NCBI GenBank assembly: GCA_963754655.1
Contig: CAVWGN010000001.1
Coordinates: 1,664,001 to 1,728,000, forward strand
Reading direction: 5' to 3'
Length of the DNA: 64,000 bases
Origin: an uncultured Chlamydiae bacterium
GTDB taxonomy: Bacteria; Chlamydiota; Chlamydiia; Chlamydiales; Parachlamydiaceae
Shown piece by piece: positions 8,231 to 18,814 of this stretch. The translations under genes and the position numbers were made by a program. The notes beneath the pieces are model-generated. The model saw only the letters and a program-made list of their open reading frames with translations. It made no database searches and was not told where the DNA came from. Numbering within the stretch: position 1 is the stretch's first letter; each line of letters opens with the position of its first letter.

Positions 8231-10988
8231 TGGGAATATGTCCTCCTTTAAAAGTGATTTTTCCCCAATAAGGCTTCATGTCTTTAGAAAAATAGTGCGT
8301 TAGCTTGCTGAAAGGAACTGGCCACTTATGGTGATATTCAGTATCAATTACAGCAATGCGGCCATCCTTGCAGAAAGGGATGTTAAAGGCATAAACGGAA
8401 TCATAAAGACCACATGTTTGAAGAATGCAATAAAGGCCATCCATTAACTTACGCGTCATGTTCTTTTTATACATTTTTTCATTCTTGCTATGCTCTTGGA
8501 TACGCATGTTTTCGCAAATTAAAATAAAATTTTTCTGCAAATAACGCGAACTATTTGGAGGAGCCGGATACTTAGGTAGAGGGTAAATCCATTTATGAGG
8601 AACCTTAAAATTTTCTTGCAAGTGATTATCTTTAATGCACTGACGAATCATTTGCGCTCCCTTAATGCGATGAATCCATTTTTTCCAGTCATAAAGAATT
8701 CCTAATTCTGTATCGCAATAGGCTTTAATAAAATACTCTTGGCATTCAGGATGAGAAGAAGCTGCTACGCGGCTCCAACGTCCAGGACGCCAACGTCTAA
8801 AACCTGCTTTTTTAAATTCTTCCGGAGAAAGAGTGGCTCGAGAATTACAAAAAATGCGATTCAACTTTGACCAAGCAGGATGATTTTCGGGAAGCAGATA
8901 AGGGCGAACTTGCTTCCAAACTTCTTCAGAAACCTCAGGAAACTCGTACTGATAGCGGCTTTTGTCTAATTTTTTAACCGAACGCAAGAGTGATTGTAGC
9001 TTGCTTAACTTGTTGTCATTGTGGGTGGGAATAAAGATCTGAGGGAAGGAAGTCTCTGTCCAAGGGTATGAAGAAGGAAACATTTGACGCTTGGCAAGAG
9101 TCTGATCACCCTCCTCAATGATTTGCAATACATTGCGGGGTTGGATAAGATCTTGATCGTAAACATGAATGATTTTTGAAGGCACTGAAAATTGTTCGCG
9201 CTGCCTTGCAATGATACGATAGTAAGCTAATCCGCCTTGCACTTGAATTTTAGGTTGAGTTGTAATGGCAACTAAATTGTCATTCGTTTCTTCTTCAGTC
9301 ACAACTCCATTGACAATAGCATTGACTTGTTTCTCGCAATAAATGGATGGAATAAAATCGAGTGAGTTAGATCCGAATACAAAATATTCAATAGGCTCCT
9401 CCGACTGCGCAGCATTACGTTCCCAATTCAACTCATACACATTTTCGCTAATCTGATCAAATTCTACTTCTTCTATAGCATCGGGTTTATTGACAACAAA
9501 GGCATAAGGAGCAGACCATTCTGACCATTTCCCTTGGCTACATCCCTTTGCGCGAAAATAATAAAGAGTTCCAGGATTTAAGAAAGTTTCACTAATAGGA
9601 GGTAAAGCGATGACCGAGGAAAAAGATTCAACCTGGTCAAAGTTAGATGGACTCACCTGAAAATGACTATCTAACGCAATTTGCCACCAAATCATTTCTA
9701 TGTTATCTGATGAGGATTCGAGCATGAATAAAGGAGAACAATAATCAAATGCATGGGATGGGTTACAAACACGAAGAGGAGGAGGGGTGTTTTTTACTAG
9801 CTCATCCTCTACCTCGTATTGAAACCGAACAAGCGTAGGATTTTTTTTAGTTCCGAGATGAAGCTGATTTTCCCCTTTTTTTAAAGAGGGAAATAAAGTC
9901 CAAGCACAAGTTCCTACGGCAAGCAATTGCCCCTTAGGTTTATCCGAAAACAAGATGCGTACTTGAAAGAGATGGCTTTCTGAAAAAGTATAAGATTCTC
10001 CAGGTAGCAATGTCAGTTTTTGATCTAATAACTTCATGCTGACAGTACTGTTATTCACTAATTGATGAATAGGAAACGGGGAGAGATATTCCCAATGTCG
10101 AGTCACTTGCCGCTTATCTAAATGAATTGCATGAGAAAGAGAGCATTGATGCTGAGCTAGTTCGGGGCGAATGCTCGAGGTTTCAAAAACAAGGGACTCG
10201 CCAGGAAAGAGATCAATTCCACTTGCACGAGGAGACAATTGTTCTGTTGCTAGAACAATAGGCATGGCGGAAGTAGGCTCCAGAATCTCAAAATTCGCCA
10301 ATTGCTTCCACCCTTCTTTAAAATCCACTTGTTTGGCTTGGCGTGCATGCTTGGTACGCAAAGCAAGAAATGGATCATCCATGACATCTTCAGAAGAAGC
10401 TAGCTTTTCATTATCCAATCCTAAATAGATTTGCTGATGAGTCAGATCTAAAAAATTCCATTCATCATCTAATCCGAAATCACATAGCTGTTTCCCTTTT
10501 ACATTGGCCACACGGGTCTCTATACCAAGTGCATTGCATAGCTTGAGAAATTGTTCATTAAAGGCCGCTCCACAGCAGGCACCTTTGAAATTGAGAAGAT
10601 CTAAGGGGTGGTAATTTTGTTCGCCTATTGCCTCATCTTGCACAATAGAGCGATTCCAAAGTTGATAAAGAGCTAACAAAGGATAGGGTTCTTTTGCAAG
10701 TGTGCGTGCTAAATTGTTTAAGGAGAGTGAGGGAGATTGATTGATGTAAGGAAAGCAATTCTTAATTGGCTGATCCCCCAAATTTTCAATCTTGAGTTGC
10801 TGGCAATAATGGATAAAAGAAGGCTGAGAGCCGGGATGTTCTTGTCTTTGGTCTGGAATCGACACTTGTAAATTAACAGTTTGCTTAGTCTTATGATCGA
10901 AGAAAAACTCAAGAGTTTTTGCTTCCAAACCAGAAAGGCTAAGACTGACAAGTGAAAGTATCAGAAGGGTTTTATTAATCAACTTCAC
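8175..10988 (-). CDS. Large secreted multidomain protein (transglutaminase-like region, FN3-like region, C-terminal putative kinase-like domain)
   Basis: Signal peptide; GACC...LCNALGIETR...WNFLD; YYFRAKG...WSEWS FN3 motif. Confidence 0.6.
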   Translation of the reverse strand: MKLINKTLLILSLVSLSLSGLEAKTLEFFFDHKTKQTVNLQVSIPDQRQEHPGSQPSFIHYCQQLKIENLGDQPIKNCFPYINQSPSLSLNNLARTLAKEPYPLLALYQLWNRSIVQDEAIGEQNYHPLDLLNFKGACCGAAFNEQFLKLCNALGIETRVANVKGKQLCDFGLDDEWNFLDLTHQQIYLGLDNEKLASSEDVMDDPFLALRTKHARQAKQVDFKEGWKQLANFEILEPTSAMPIVLATEQLSPRASGIDLFPGESLVFETSSIRPELAQHQCSLSHAIHLDKRQVTRHWEYLSPFPIHQLVNNSTVSMKLLDQKLTLLPGESYTFSESHLFQVRILFSDKPKGQLLAVGTCAWTLFPSLKKGENQLHLGTKKNPTLVRFQYEVEDELVKNTPPPLRVCNPSHAFDYCSPLFMLESSSDNIEMIWWQIALDSHFQVSPSNFDQVESFSSVIALPPISETFLNPGTLYYFRAKGCSQGKWSEWSAPYAFVVNKPDAIEEVEFDQISENVYELNWERNAAQSEEPIEYFVFGSNSLDFIPSIYCEKQVNAIVNGVVTEEETNDNLVAITTQPKIQVQGGLAYYRIIARQREQFSVPSKIIHVYDQDLIQPRNVLQIIEEGDQTLAKRQMFPSSYPWTETSFPQIFIPTHNDNKLSKLQSLLRSVKKLDKSRYQYEFPEVSEEVWKQVRPYLLPENHPAWSKLNRIFCNSRATLSPEEFKKAGFRRWRPGRWSRVAASSHPECQEYFIKAYCDTELGILYDWKKWIHRIKGAQMIRQCIKDNHLQENFKVPHKWIYPLPKYPAPPNSSRYLQKNFILICENMRIQEHSKNEKMYKKNMTRKLMDGLYCILQTCGLYDSVYAFNIPFCKDGRIAVIDTEYHHKWPVPFSKLTHYFSKDMKPYWGKITFKGGHIPNGDNQPNPPRMDRRDVKP

Positions 10989-11019
10989 GATTTAGATCCT
11001 GCTTTAAAATTAAAAATTG

Positions 11020-11289
11020 TTATTTCTTAAACACTTGAATCAACCAACTGACTATAATTAAGGATCCTAATACAAGGATAGTACCTAAAATAGCGGCTGT
11101 TAAACTACTAAAAAACTCCTGAGTTTCGCGGAAAAAAATAAAAAAGGTCAAGATAAATACGACTAAAGAAATCATTGCTATAGTCCATTGGATCTTGGAA
11201 TTAGCTTTCATTTTACTCCTATAATAAGAGAAATAAATCATAAATCCTTCTTGCCTTTTTCTGCAAAAAAGTTTTAATAATGCTATCAA
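11020..11289 (-). CDS. Small two-TM membrane protein
   Basis: Two hydrophobic helices; start probably at MKANSK. Confidence 0.5.
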   Translation of the reverse strand: MIALLKLFCRKRQEGFMIYFSYYRSKMKANSKIQWTIAMISLVVFILTFFIFFRETQEFFSSLTAAILGTILVLGSLIIVSWLIQVFKK

Positions 11290-11318
11290 ATAGACATATT
11301 ATAACAAAGTAGCTTTCC

Positions 11319-12170
11319 ATGCGCTTTTTATTTGTTTTTTTGCTTCTACTCGCCATTGGCGTGGGCATCGTGTTTGCGTGGGATTCTCATTCACGCGCAG
11401 CAAATCAAAGCTTTAATAGCCAGTCATTTAAGCACGAGTTTGTCGTTATTCAGGCTCATCATTTATTAGGTTTTAATTTAGTGGACCCCGAACAAGCGCC
11501 CCATAACATTCGCGATAGTGTCATGAGAGGCTATCGTCTGATGTTGAATACTGCTTTTTATGCACCTGAATATGCTCATAATGAACTCTCCTGCACGAAC
11601 TGTCATTTCCTTGGGGGTGATACTTTAGGGGGTAAAAATGGAGGCATTGCTCTCGTAGGTGTCACAACGCTCTATCCTCAATATTCCAAGCGTGCAGGAA
11701 AAGTCATTACACTAGCAGAAAGAATTGATAATTGTTTTCAACGCAGTATGAATGGCAAGGCCCCTTCGGCGAATTCCAGAATGATGCATGACATTATCAA
11801 TTATCTTCACTGGATTTCTAAAGAGGTAGAGTCCATTAAGGATATTCCATGGCTTGGTCTTCCTGAAATTAGAAATAGCCATAAACCAAATCCTCATGAA
11901 GGACAAAAAATTTATGAGCAATCTTGTGCTGCTTGTCACCGCTCAGATGGTATAGGTGGTGGCGTGTTAGATGAAATAGAGGGAAAAAGCATTCCACCTC
12001 TTTGGGGAGATCACTCTTTTAATGATGGAGCGGGAATGAACACAATGAAAATGTTAGCTCCTTTTATCTATTTGAATATGCCTTACCAACAAGCCAGTTT
12101 AACAGAAGAGCAAGCTTTAGATGTCGCTGCTTATGTCATGGAACAAAAGCGACCTCATTTTAAAAATTAA
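11319..12170 (+). CDS. tsdA: Diheme cytochrome c, thiosulfate dehydrogenase TsdA-like
   Basis: CTNCH and CAACH heme motifs; RIDNCFQRSMNG (catalytic Cys); PPLWGDHSFNDGAGM; signal peptide. Confidence 0.8.
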   Translation: MRFLFVFLLLLAIGVGIVFAWDSHSRAANQSFNSQSFKHEFVVIQAHHLLGFNLVDPEQAPHNIRDSVMRGYRLMLNTAFYAPEYAHNELSCTNCHFLGGDTLGGKNGGIALVGVTTLYPQYSKRAGKVITLAERIDNCFQRSMNGKAPSANSRMMHDIINYLHWISKEVESIKDIPWLGLPEIRNSHKPNPHEGQKIYEQSCAACHRSDGIGGGVLDEIEGKSIPPLWGDHSFNDGAGMNTMKMLAPFIYLNMPYQQASLTEEQALDVAAYVMEQKRPHFKN

Positions 12171-12211
12171 TTGTGCCCTTTCGTCATATAAGGATAGAAG
12201 ATTAAGTAAAA

Positions 12212-14668
12212 ATGCTCATTATTAAATTGATATCTACTTTTTTGACAACACTGTTTTTTCCACCCATAATGGGTCAAGAGATCAGTGGAACGCCAGGCTC
12301 TCCGAATGCTACAGAATCATGGCACACACCCTATCTTCCGCCGTCACCACCACAATTTCGGGGAATAATTCGTTTTAATGCTAATGAGTCTAAACCTTAC
12401 TGGTTGCCCACGATTGTTCCTCCAAAAGAAGCTCCCAATGTTCTCTTAATTATGACAGATGATGTGGGATATGGTGCGCCGAGCACGTTTGGCGGAATCA
12501 TTCCAACTCCTGCCCTAGATCGCATTGCAGAAATGGGTTTGCGTTATACGCAATTTCATTCCACCGCTTTATGTTCCCCAACGCGTGCTGCATTAATTAC
12601 TGGTTGCAATCATCATTCAGTCCATACAGGTGCCATTATAGAAATGGCAACGGGCTATCCAGGATATGATAGTCTAATTGGCAAGGATACGGCAACAATT
12701 GGCGAAATTCTTAAGCAAAATGGTTATGCCACTTCATGGTTTGGCAAAAATCATAATACTCCCGATTGGCAGTCGAGCCAAATAGGTCCTTTTGACAATT
12801 GGCCAATTGGATATGGGTTTCAATACTTCTATGGTTTCATTGGTGGAGATACAAGCCAGTGGCAGCCAAATTTATTCCGCAATACAACCCCTATTCAACC
12901 TTATATTGGAAAACCTAACTGGAATTTGACCACGGCCATGGCTGATGAGGCAATTCAGTACCTCAAAGTGATGAATGAAATTGATGCGAAGCAAAAGTTT
13001 TTTGTCTATTACGTTCCTGGTGGGACGCATTCCCCCCATCATGCCCCTAAAGAATGGATTGAGAAATTTAAGGGTCAATTTGATATGGGTTGGGAAAAAC
13101 TTCGTGAAATTATTTTTGAAAACCAAAAAAGATTGGGTGTCATTCTACCAAATGCCAAATTAACTCTTTGGCCAGATAGTTTGCCCAAGTGGGAAAGTTT
13201 AGGTGAAGAGGACAAGAAGCTATTTGCACGCCAAGCAGAAGTCTATGCGGCTTATCTCGCTTATACAGATCATGAGATTAACCGAGTCATTCAATCGATC
13301 GAAGAAATGGGTAAATTAGATGATACGCTGATCATTTATATTAGTGGGGATAATGGCTCCAGCCCTGAAGGCTCACTCATAGGCACTCCAAATGAAGTAG
13401 CAAAATTTAATAACGTTGCCATTCCCGTTAAAGAACAAATGAAATGGTATGATGTTTGGGGGTCTGATCTCACCTATCCCCATATGGCAGTGGGTTGGAC
13501 GTGGGCATTCGATACGCCCTTTCAATGGACGAAACAAATTGCTTCCCATTTTGGAGGCACGCGTCAGGGAATGGTCATCGCCTGGCCAAAAAGAATAAAA
13601 GATGCCGGCGGAATTCGTACTCAGTTTCATCATGTCATTGATATTGCTCCCACGATTCTTGAAGCTCTAGGCATTCCAATCCCTTTGATGGTCAATGGCG
13701 TAGCGCAGAAGCCTAGGGATGGTATCAGTATGATCTATACATGGGATAAAGAAAATGCCCATCTATCTTCGAAACGAAAAACGCAATATTTCGAAATGCT
13801 AGGAAATCGAGCGATTTATCATGATGGATGGATTGCCTCTACGACCCCACCTGTACCACCATGGGAGTTGGGATTTGGCAAATTGCCGCACGATGTCATG
13901 AATGGCTATCAATGGGAGCTTTATAATCTTAAAGATGATCCTACTCAGTTTAATAATCTTGCAGCACAAATGCCTGAGAAATTGCATGAAATGCAAAAGC
14001 TTTTTATTGCTGAAGCAGAAAAATATCAGGTTTTCCCATTAGATAACTCAACAATGCCACGCCTTCTAACGCAGCGTCCAAATCCTGGAGGAGAACGAAA
14101 TTTTTTTACATATTCAGGAACAATTTCTCAAGTCCCTCATGCTATATCCCCACATCTATTAAACAAGTCATTTATTATTACCGTAGAAATTGAAATTCCT
14201 AATCACCAGGCAGAAGGCATGCTTGTCTCGCAGGGAGGGCGTTTTGGAGGCTATGGATTTTATCTGTTAAAAGGAAAGCCTGTATTCGTATGGAATTATG
14301 TGAATTTAGAGCGCACGCGTTGGGAAGGCGAGGCACTTACACCCGGCAAACACACGCTAGTCTTTCATTTTAAATACCAAGGAATAGGCTTTGGCAAAAG
14401 AGGAGTGGGTAAATTAATGGTGGATGGTAAAGAAGTCGCTAGAAAGCGAATGAAGCGGACGATTCCCTTTATGTTGCAATGGGATGAAACATTCAACGTT
14501 GGCTTAGATACAGGAACTCCCATTGATGACCAAGATTATCAAATTCCTTTTGAATTTACTGGCAAAATTCTTAAGCTTACGATTGAATTAAAGCCACTTC
14601 AATTACATGAAGAAATGCTCAAATTGTTTATGCAAAAAAATCAGCGCAATAATGAAGCTAGCGAATAA
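12212..14668 (+). CDS. Arylsulfatase (formylglycine-dependent)
   Basis: PNVLLIMTDDVG, LCSPTRAALITG (CxPxR), GKNH and DNG motifs. Confidence 0.92.
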   Translation: MLIIKLISTFLTTLFFPPIMGQEISGTPGSPNATESWHTPYLPPSPPQFRGIIRFNANESKPYWLPTIVPPKEAPNVLLIMTDDVGYGAPSTFGGIIPTPALDRIAEMGLRYTQFHSTALCSPTRAALITGCNHHSVHTGAIIEMATGYPGYDSLIGKDTATIGEILKQNGYATSWFGKNHNTPDWQSSQIGPFDNWPIGYGFQYFYGFIGGDTSQWQPNLFRNTTPIQPYIGKPNWNLTTAMADEAIQYLKVMNEIDAKQKFFVYYVPGGTHSPHHAPKEWIEKFKGQFDMGWEKLREIIFENQKRLGVILPNAKLTLWPDSLPKWESLGEEDKKLFARQAEVYAAYLAYTDHEINRVIQSIEEMGKLDDTLIIYISGDNGSSPEGSLIGTPNEVAKFNNVAIPVKEQMKWYDVWGSDLTYPHMAVGWTWAFDTPFQWTKQIASHFGGTRQGMVIAWPKRIKDAGGIRTQFHHVIDIAPTILEALGIPIPLMVNGVAQKPRDGISMIYTWDKENAHLSSKRKTQYFEMLGNRAIYHDGWIASTTPPVPPWELGFGKLPHDVMNGYQWELYNLKDDPTQFNNLAAQMPEKLHEMQKLFIAEAEKYQVFPLDNSTMPRLLTQRPNPGGERNFFTYSGTISQVPHAISPHLLNKSFIITVEIEIPNHQAEGMLVSQGGRFGGYGFYLLKGKPVFVWNYVNLERTRWEGEALTPGKHTLVFHFKYQGIGFGKRGVGKLMVDGKEVARKRMKRTIPFMLQWDETFNVGLDTGTPIDDQDYQIPFEFTGKILKLTIELKPLQLHEEMLKLFMQKNQRNNEASE

Positions 14669-14697
14669 ATTTAAGCACCGATAACAGGAGATTTCCA

Positions 14698-15603
14698 ATG
14701 ACAACAAAACCTATCACTCTTCTTCTTGGGGTAACAGGACAAATAGGAAAATTGTTAGCAGAACATCTTAAAAAAGATGAAACAATTTCACTACGCGTGA
14801 CTTCAAGGCATCAAAATCAACTTTCCGAGCTCAAACAGTGTTATGGAGATGCTGTTTATTTTGATTTAGATGATCCTCGAACCTTTTCCAATGCACTTAA
14901 AGGAGTTAAAAGAGCTTTTTTGCTGACGGGCTATACAGTTGCAATGATCACGCAAAGTAAAACTTTTGTAGATGCTGCCAAAAAAGCAGCTGTTGAACAT
15001 ATTGTCCATTTAGGAGTATATACCCCAGAATGGGATTGTACTGATCCCCATTTCACGTGGCATCAAATGGTCGAAGTTTATATTAAACATAGTCAAATCA
15101 AATGGACTTTTCTTCACCCTAACTGCTTTATGCAAAATTTAACCGGTTTTTATTCTTTTTTAAGGGGAAATAAATTGTACTGGTGGGGTGGAGATAAGCC
15201 TTGTGGGTGGATTGCTTTAGAAGATGTGGCCGAAGCGGCAGCGAGAATATTAATTGAAGGTCCAGAGAAGCATCACGGGAAGGATTATTGGTTTTCTACA
15301 GAGTCTTTAACAATCACTCAAATGGCTAAAATAATCGCAGAAAGGCTCCATGTTGAACTTAAAGTAGAGAATCAATCCCCAGATCAATTCCTTAAAAACA
15401 TCAGCACTAATCCTAAAGAAATTGATCTCTATTTTTACGGAGTCGCTGAATCTTTTAGACAAATACTAGATGGTCGTATGAGCTATATTGGTGATATTAG
15501 GGACGACATGCCTCTTATAACAGGTCACAAAGGCATGCCTTTCAAAAAATGGGTTGATATACACAAAGAGGAGATTCTAAAAAGAATTCATCCTCTCATT
15601 TAA
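14698..15603 (+). CDS. NmrA-family NAD(P)-binding protein
   Basis: LLGVTGQIG Rossmann motif; TFLHPNCFMQN; IALEDVAEAAA. Confidence 0.85.
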   Translation: MTTKPITLLLGVTGQIGKLLAEHLKKDETISLRVTSRHQNQLSELKQCYGDAVYFDLDDPRTFSNALKGVKRAFLLTGYTVAMITQSKTFVDAAKKAAVEHIVHLGVYTPEWDCTDPHFTWHQMVEVYIKHSQIKWTFLHPNCFMQNLTGFYSFLRGNKLYWWGGDKPCGWIALEDVAEAAARILIEGPEKHHGKDYWFSTESLTITQMAKIIAERLHVELKVENQSPDQFLKNISTNPKEIDLYFYGVAESFRQILDGRMSYIGDIRDDMPLITGHKGMPFKKWVDIHKEEILKRIHPLI

Positions 15604-15633
15604 GGATATGATCTTAAGCTCGTTTGACAACTT

Positions 15634-17574
15634 TTAACTTTTTAGATTAATAAGCTCCATTAAATTAAGCGCTGGAATTAAACTTTCGTGATAGTGGCTA
15701 ATAACAAAAGGATCTTCCTGTCCTTGAGGGAGAGCTAAAGCTTTTTTAAATTCAGCTGCAGCTTCTTGGAGTTTTCCTTGCTGATGTAAAGTTTCAGCAT
15801 AATGGCTAACAGTGAAAAGGTTTTGCTGTCCTTGAGGGAGAGCTAAAGCTTTTTTAAATTCAGCTGCTGCTTCCTCGAATTTTCCTTGCTGACGTAAAGT
15901 TTCGGCATAACTGCTAACAGTTAAAAGGTTTTGCTGTCCTTGAGGGAAAGCTAAAGCTTTTTTAAATTCAGCTGCCGCTTCCTCGAGTTTTCCTTGCTGA
16001 CGTAAAGTTTCGGCATAACGGCTAACAGTTAAAAGGTTTTGCTGTCCTTGAGGGAGAGCTAAAGCTTTTTTAAATTCAGCTGCAGCTTCCTCGAGTTTTC
16101 CTTGCTGACGTAAAGTTTCGGCATAAGTGCTGACAGCGGAAAGGTTTTGCTGTCCTTGAGGGAAAGCTAAAACTTTTTTAAATTCAGCTGTCGCTTCCTC
16201 GAGTTTTCCTTGCTGACGTAAAGTTTCGGCATAACGGCTGACAGTGAAAAGGCTTTGCTGTCCTTGAGGCAGAGCTAAAGCTTTTTTTAATTCAGCTGCA
16301 GCTTCCTCGAATTTTCCTTGCTCACGTAAAGTTTCGGCATAATGGCTAACAGTGAAAAGGTCTTGCTGTCCTTGAGGGAAAGCTAAAGCTTTTTTAAATT
16401 CAGCGGCAGCTTCCTCGAATTTTCCTTGTTGACGTAAAGTTTCAGCATAACAGTTGACAGTGGAAAATTTTTGCTGTCCTTGATGAGGGAGAGCTAAAGC
16501 TTTTTTAAATTCAGCTGCAGCTTCCTCGATTTTTCCTTGCTGACGTAAAGTTTCGGCATAATGGCTAACAGTGAAAAGGTCTTGCTGTCCTTGAGGGAGA
16601 GCTAAAGCTTTTTTTAATTCAGCTGTAGCTTCCTGGAGTTTTCCTTGATAGCGTAAAGTTGCGGCATAATGGCTAACAGTAAAAAGACTTTGCTGTCCTT
16701 GAGGGAGAGCTAAAGCTTTTTTAAATTCAGCTGCAGCTTCCTCGAATTTTTTTTGCTGACGTAAAGTTTCGGCATAACGGCTAACAGTGAAAAGGTTTTG
16801 CTGTCCTTGAGGGAGAGCTAAAGCTTTGTTAAATTCAGCTGCAGCTTCCTCGAATTTTCCTTGCTGACGTAAAGTTTCGGCATAACCGTTAACAGCGAAA
16901 AGGTCTTGCTGTCCTTGAGGGAGAGCTAAAGCTTTTTTAAATTCAGCCGCAGCTTCCTCGAATTTTCCTTGCTGACGTAAAGTTTCGGCATAACCGCTAA
17001 CAGCGAAAAGGTCTTGCTGTCCTTGAGGGAAAGCTAAAACTTTTTTAAATTCAGCTGTCGCTTCCTCGAATTTTCCTTGCTGACGTAAAGTTTCGGCATA
17101 ACGGCTAACAGTTAAAAGGTTTTGCTGTCCTTGAGGGAGAGCTAAAGCTTTTTTAAATTCAGCTGCAGCTTCCTCGAGCTTTCCTTGCTGACGTAAAGTT
17201 TCGGCATAAGTGCTGACAGCGATAAGATCTTGCTGTCTATCAAAAAGAGCTAACGGATTTTGAGCAGAAGAGGAAGAAGGATTCAAATTAAAAGGTTGTG
17301 TTTGCATTTGGAAGATTTTATCAACCATTTCTTTTTGTGTAGACTCTAATTTAATAAAGCGCTCTTCTATTTTATTTTGTTGATGCTGAATGGCTTGTAG
17401 TTGCTCTTGTAGAAGCTTATTGCTTTTTAATATCTCAGACATGAAAAACTCTTGAGAAAATCCATCTGTTTGATGATTTGTTTTTTGTCTTTTTGCAGGA
17501 CGCTCAGGAGATTGAGAATCTTCAGAATTATCTAAAGGGAATGAGGTAGAATTAACAAAAAAACTAGAATTCAT
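15634..17574 (-). CDS. TPR-like solenoid protein with 14 near-identical 36-aa repeats, NLS-like motif and coiled coil
   Basis: Repeat LFTVSxYAETLRQQGKFEEAAAEFKKALALPQGQQ(D/N/S), 108-bp units; N-terminal RPAKRQK. Confidence 0.9.
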   Translation of the reverse strand: MNSSFFVNSTSFPLDNSEDSQSPERPAKRQKTNHQTDGFSQEFFMSEILKSNKLLQEQLQAIQHQQNKIEERFIKLESTQKEMVDKIFQMQTQPFNLNPSSSSAQNPLALFDRQQDLIAVSTYAETLRQQGKLEEAAAEFKKALALPQGQQNLLTVSRYAETLRQQGKFEEATAEFKKVLAFPQGQQDLFAVSGYAETLRQQGKFEEAAAEFKKALALPQGQQDLFAVNGYAETLRQQGKFEEAAAEFNKALALPQGQQNLFTVSRYAETLRQQKKFEEAAAEFKKALALPQGQQSLFTVSHYAATLRYQGKLQEATAELKKALALPQGQQDLFTVSHYAETLRQQGKIEEAAAEFKKALALPHQGQQKFSTVNCYAETLRQQGKFEEAAAEFKKALAFPQGQQDLFTVSHYAETLREQGKFEEAAAELKKALALPQGQQSLFTVSRYAETLRQQGKLEEATAEFKKVLAFPQGQQNLSAVSTYAETLRQQGKLEEAAAEFKKALALPQGQQNLLTVSRYAETLRQQGKLEEAAAEFKKALAFPQGQQNLLTVSSYAETLRQQGKFEEAAAEFKKALALPQGQQNLFTVSHYAETLHQQGKLQEAAAEFKKALALPQGQEDPFVISHYHESLIPALNLMELINLKS

Positions 17575-17878
17575 ATAAAACCTTTTAATATTTTTTATAA
17601 ATTTTTTTGGTAAACAATGTTGATTAAAATTTCATGACAACATCCTTGCCTGTAAGTTTGATATCTACCAAAGTTTAAAATTAAATTAACCAAAGATGCA
17701 CCAGCATGATAATGAATTCAAAATTTTTAATCTAGATCTATTTAAATTTTTGCTTAAATAAATTAAATAATTATTTGTTGATTATTTAATTAATTTGGGA
17801 GTCTCTTCTTAAAAAATATTTATAAAGGTATTCATAAAAAAATTAAATATTTGATAATTCGATTTGGTGAGTTTGCTG

Positions 17879-18811
17879 CTACCTTATCAATAACATTTTA
17901 GCATTGCGTAAAAAGCCTTGTTTGAAAAATTGGTATTTAATCAATTGATATTTCTTTTTGAAATAAGAAAGTTTTTCTAATTCTCCATAAGCTTTAAGCA
18001 AGATTTGTCTATCTAGAGGAAGGATATGGTCATAAAGGGCTAATAGGCAATTAGCCTGATGATAGGTTTGTTTAATGCAATTTGCTTTCTTCTGTGATTC
18101 CCTGGGCGATTGATTGAGAAACCGCCAAAGGCTATAGGATTTCGCGCCAGTATCATTTGAGCTATGCTGTCTATAAAGAAGAGTGGGTTGACCAATACAT
18201 TGAATATGACCCAAGCAAACAGCAATTAAAGCAATCCACCAATCATGCATGATTGCTTCAGAGGGAATGGGACAAGCTAAATTGGCAAGCGCACGATTGA
18301 AAAGCATTGTGCAACCTGTCAATGTATTTTGGGAAAGAAGTCGATTGAGAGAAACCGTATGAGGCTTTAGACCAGCAAAATTCCAAAAAGAAGGAGCAAT
18401 CTCTTTTAAATTTTGATCAACCACTTTTAAATCTGTGTGAACCAATAAGGGAAGATGAGAGCCATATTGTCTTTCTAAGGTTTTGATTTGCTCAAGGCTA
18501 ATTTCTACTTTGTTTGCAAACCATTTATCATCCTGATCTGCAAACATGAGATAAGGAGAGTGGCTTTGTTTCATCAATTCTGAAAAGTTTCCTATCACTC
18601 CAAGATGGTCTTGAGAAGAAAGAAGCGTGATTTTTTGAGAATAGGTGTTGGTCCATTTTTGCAAGATTGATAGGGTTTGATCAGACGAACCGTCGTCGCG
18701 AATCCATAAATGAATGTGAGGGTGAGTCTGAGTTAAAATAGATTCTAACTGCTCTTCTAAATAGTTAGCTCCCTGATAAGTAGCTAATAACACATCGACT
18801 TTTTCACTCAT
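17879..18811 (-). CDS. Glycosyltransferase family 2 (rhamnosyltransferase-like)
   Basis: VLLATYQG, RDDGSSD, FADQDDKW, HDWW motifs. Confidence 0.9.
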   Translation of the reverse strand: MSEKVDVLLATYQGANYLEEQLESILTQTHPHIHLWIRDDGSSDQTLSILQKWTNTYSQKITLLSSQDHLGVIGNFSELMKQSHSPYLMFADQDDKWFANKVEISLEQIKTLERQYGSHLPLLVHTDLKVVDQNLKEIAPSFWNFAGLKPHTVSLNRLLSQNTLTGCTMLFNRALANLACPIPSEAIMHDWWIALIAVCLGHIQCIGQPTLLYRQHSSNDTGAKSYSLWRFLNQSPRESQKKANCIKQTYHQANCLLALYDHILPLDRQILLKAYGELEKLSYFKKKYQLIKYQFFKQGFLRNAKMLLIR

Positions 18812-18814
18812 TCT

